A stretch of 64,000 nucleotides of DNA from NCBI GenBank assembly GCA_964519285.1, contig CAZFJG010000001.1, forward strand, positions 664-64,663. Direction: 5' to 3'. Source of the DNA: an uncultured Synergistales bacterium (GTDB lineage Bacteria > Synergistota > Synergistia > Synergistales > JAFGMB01). The notes beneath the pieces are model-generated. The model was not told where the DNA came from. It made no database searches and worked only from the letters and a program-made list of their open reading frames with translations. Made by a program: the position numbers and the translations under genes. Below are positions 63,465-64,000 of the stretch, piece by piece (within the stretch, counting starts at the first letter, position 1; the number at the start of each line of letters is the position of its first letter).

Positions 63465-63485
63465 TTCTTTTATGCGATACAATAT

Positions 63486-63561
63486 GTGCCTGTAGCTCAG
63501 AGGATAGAGCGCTGGTCTCCGGAACCAGAGGTCGCGAGTTCGAATCTCGCCAGGCACGCCA
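63486..63561 (+). tRNA. tRNA-Arg (anticodon CCG), CCA encoded
   Basis: The cloverleaf was folded by hand. Acceptor gtgcctg/caggcac, D stem gctc/gagc, anticodon stem ctggt/accag with loop ctCCGga, variable loop aggtc, T arm gcgag-ttcgaat-ctcgc, discriminator g, then cca. Total 76 nt. Confidence 0.92.
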
Positions 63562-63618
63562 GAATCACTTATTATTAAATGTATAAAAAAACATATTCCT
63601 TTCGGAAAGGAAATAAAT

Positions 63619-63655
63619 AAAAAAAGAGGAAGCACTTAGGCTTCCTCTTTTTTTA
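63619..63655. terminator. Bidirectional terminator between tRNA-Arg and the convergent TAXI gene
   Basis: aaaaaaa agaggaagc acttag gcttcctct ttttttt: a 9-bp stem flanked by an A run and a T run. Confidence 0.85.
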
Positions 63656-63688
63656 TTTACGATCGCTGATTAATCTGAGTAACTGAGC

Positions 63689-64000
63689 TTAAAATTCGGG
63701 AACTTCCATTCCAACTTCTTTGTAGTATTTTGCTGCTCCAGGGTGCACAGGAACTGATGCGCCTTCAAGAGCTCCTTCGAGGGTGATCATCTTGGCTTTG
63801 GAGTGGATCGGGTAAAGGTCTTCGATATTTTCCCAGAAAGCCTTTGTTATATCGTAAACGAGATCCTCGTCGAGATCTCCGTCGCATACCCAGCATGCCA
63901 TAACTGCTGGAGTGACAGTGTCATGATCTATTCCCTTGTAAGTTCCAGCTGGTATTACGCTCCTGGCGAAGAAAGGATAAGCTTCGATAAGTTTTCCAAG
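63689..64000 (-). CDS. TAXI-family TRAP transporter solute receptor, C-terminal part; the 5' end lies beyond the window
   Basis: The frame is open to nt 64000. The translation ...YPFFARSVIPAGTYKGIDHDTVTPAVMACWVCDGDLDEDLVYDITKAFWENIEDL...PVHPGAAKYYKEVG matches the conserved C-terminus of TAXI receptors. Confidence 0.8.
   Translation of the reverse strand, partial: LGKLIEAYPFFARSVIPAGTYKGIDHDTVTPAVMACWVCDGDLDEDLVYDITKAFWENIEDLYPIHSKAKMITLEGALEGASVPVHPGAAKYYKEVGMEVPEF

Noticed and set aside
1-64000. I looked for CRISPR arrays, IS elements or transposases, integrases, phage genes, restriction-modification systems and known defence-system genes.
   Set aside because: No spaced direct-repeat array was seen and no ORF translation resembles these families. 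The only tRNA (63486-63561) has no adjacent integrase or direct repeat. The window reads as core chromosome.

Overview
The window is mostly core, co-directional (+ strand) housekeeping DNA from a moderately AT-rich bacterium with Firmicutes-type synteny. An OmpH/Skp chaperone gene hints at a diderm envelope (Synergistota-like, Halanaerobiales or Negativicutes); this taxonomic guess is low confidence.

Gene content from start to end:
- 1-12.98 kb: distal S10 operon, spc operon and alpha operon (rplB fragment to rplQ, including secY, adk, map, a KOW protein, infA, and rpmJ, which the ORF track misses).
- 12.98-16.2 kb: ecfA1-ecfA2-ecfT-truA.
- 16.3-22.1 kb: a solitary mreB paralogue, a YkgJ Cys-cluster protein, a DUF3084-like coiled-coil membrane protein, a small Zn-ribbon ORF coupled to a GNAT, comF, skp and a Cof-type HAD.
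- 22.1-26.0 kb: the least ordinary region. It holds an archaeal-type adenosine-specific-kinase-family ORF followed by a compact five-gene DRTGG / GHKL-kinase / [FeFe]-hydrogenase-like / DRTGG / PHP module. No hydrogenase catalytic partners are present in the window.
- 25.97-32.39 kb (- strand): hisD-Z-G-B-H-A-F-IE operon, lacking hisC and a histidinol-phosphatase.
- 32.5-42.1 kb: radA-nfeD-SPFH (overlapping starts and stops), leuS, holA, rpsT (-) and an XPD/DinG-like Fe-S helicase.
- 42.2-51.1 kb: rpmH (missed by the ORF track)-rnpA-yidD-yidC-jag, lgt, htrA, an orphan OmpR-type response regulator (-), rpsO, pnp and dut.
- 51.1-63.4 kb: a Thr (ACC) T-box leader plus thrS; an attenuator plus infC with an ATA start; rpmI-rplT with a Ktr/Trk K+ uptake pair coupled to the rplT stop; then pheST, zapA, cvpA and mutS2.
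- 63.4-64.0 kb: tRNA-Arg(CCG) and the 3' part of a TAXI-TRAP receptor gene (-).

I saw no CRISPR array, transposase, integrase or prophage signature. All calls come from reading the translations and sequence by eye. No database search or computation was run.
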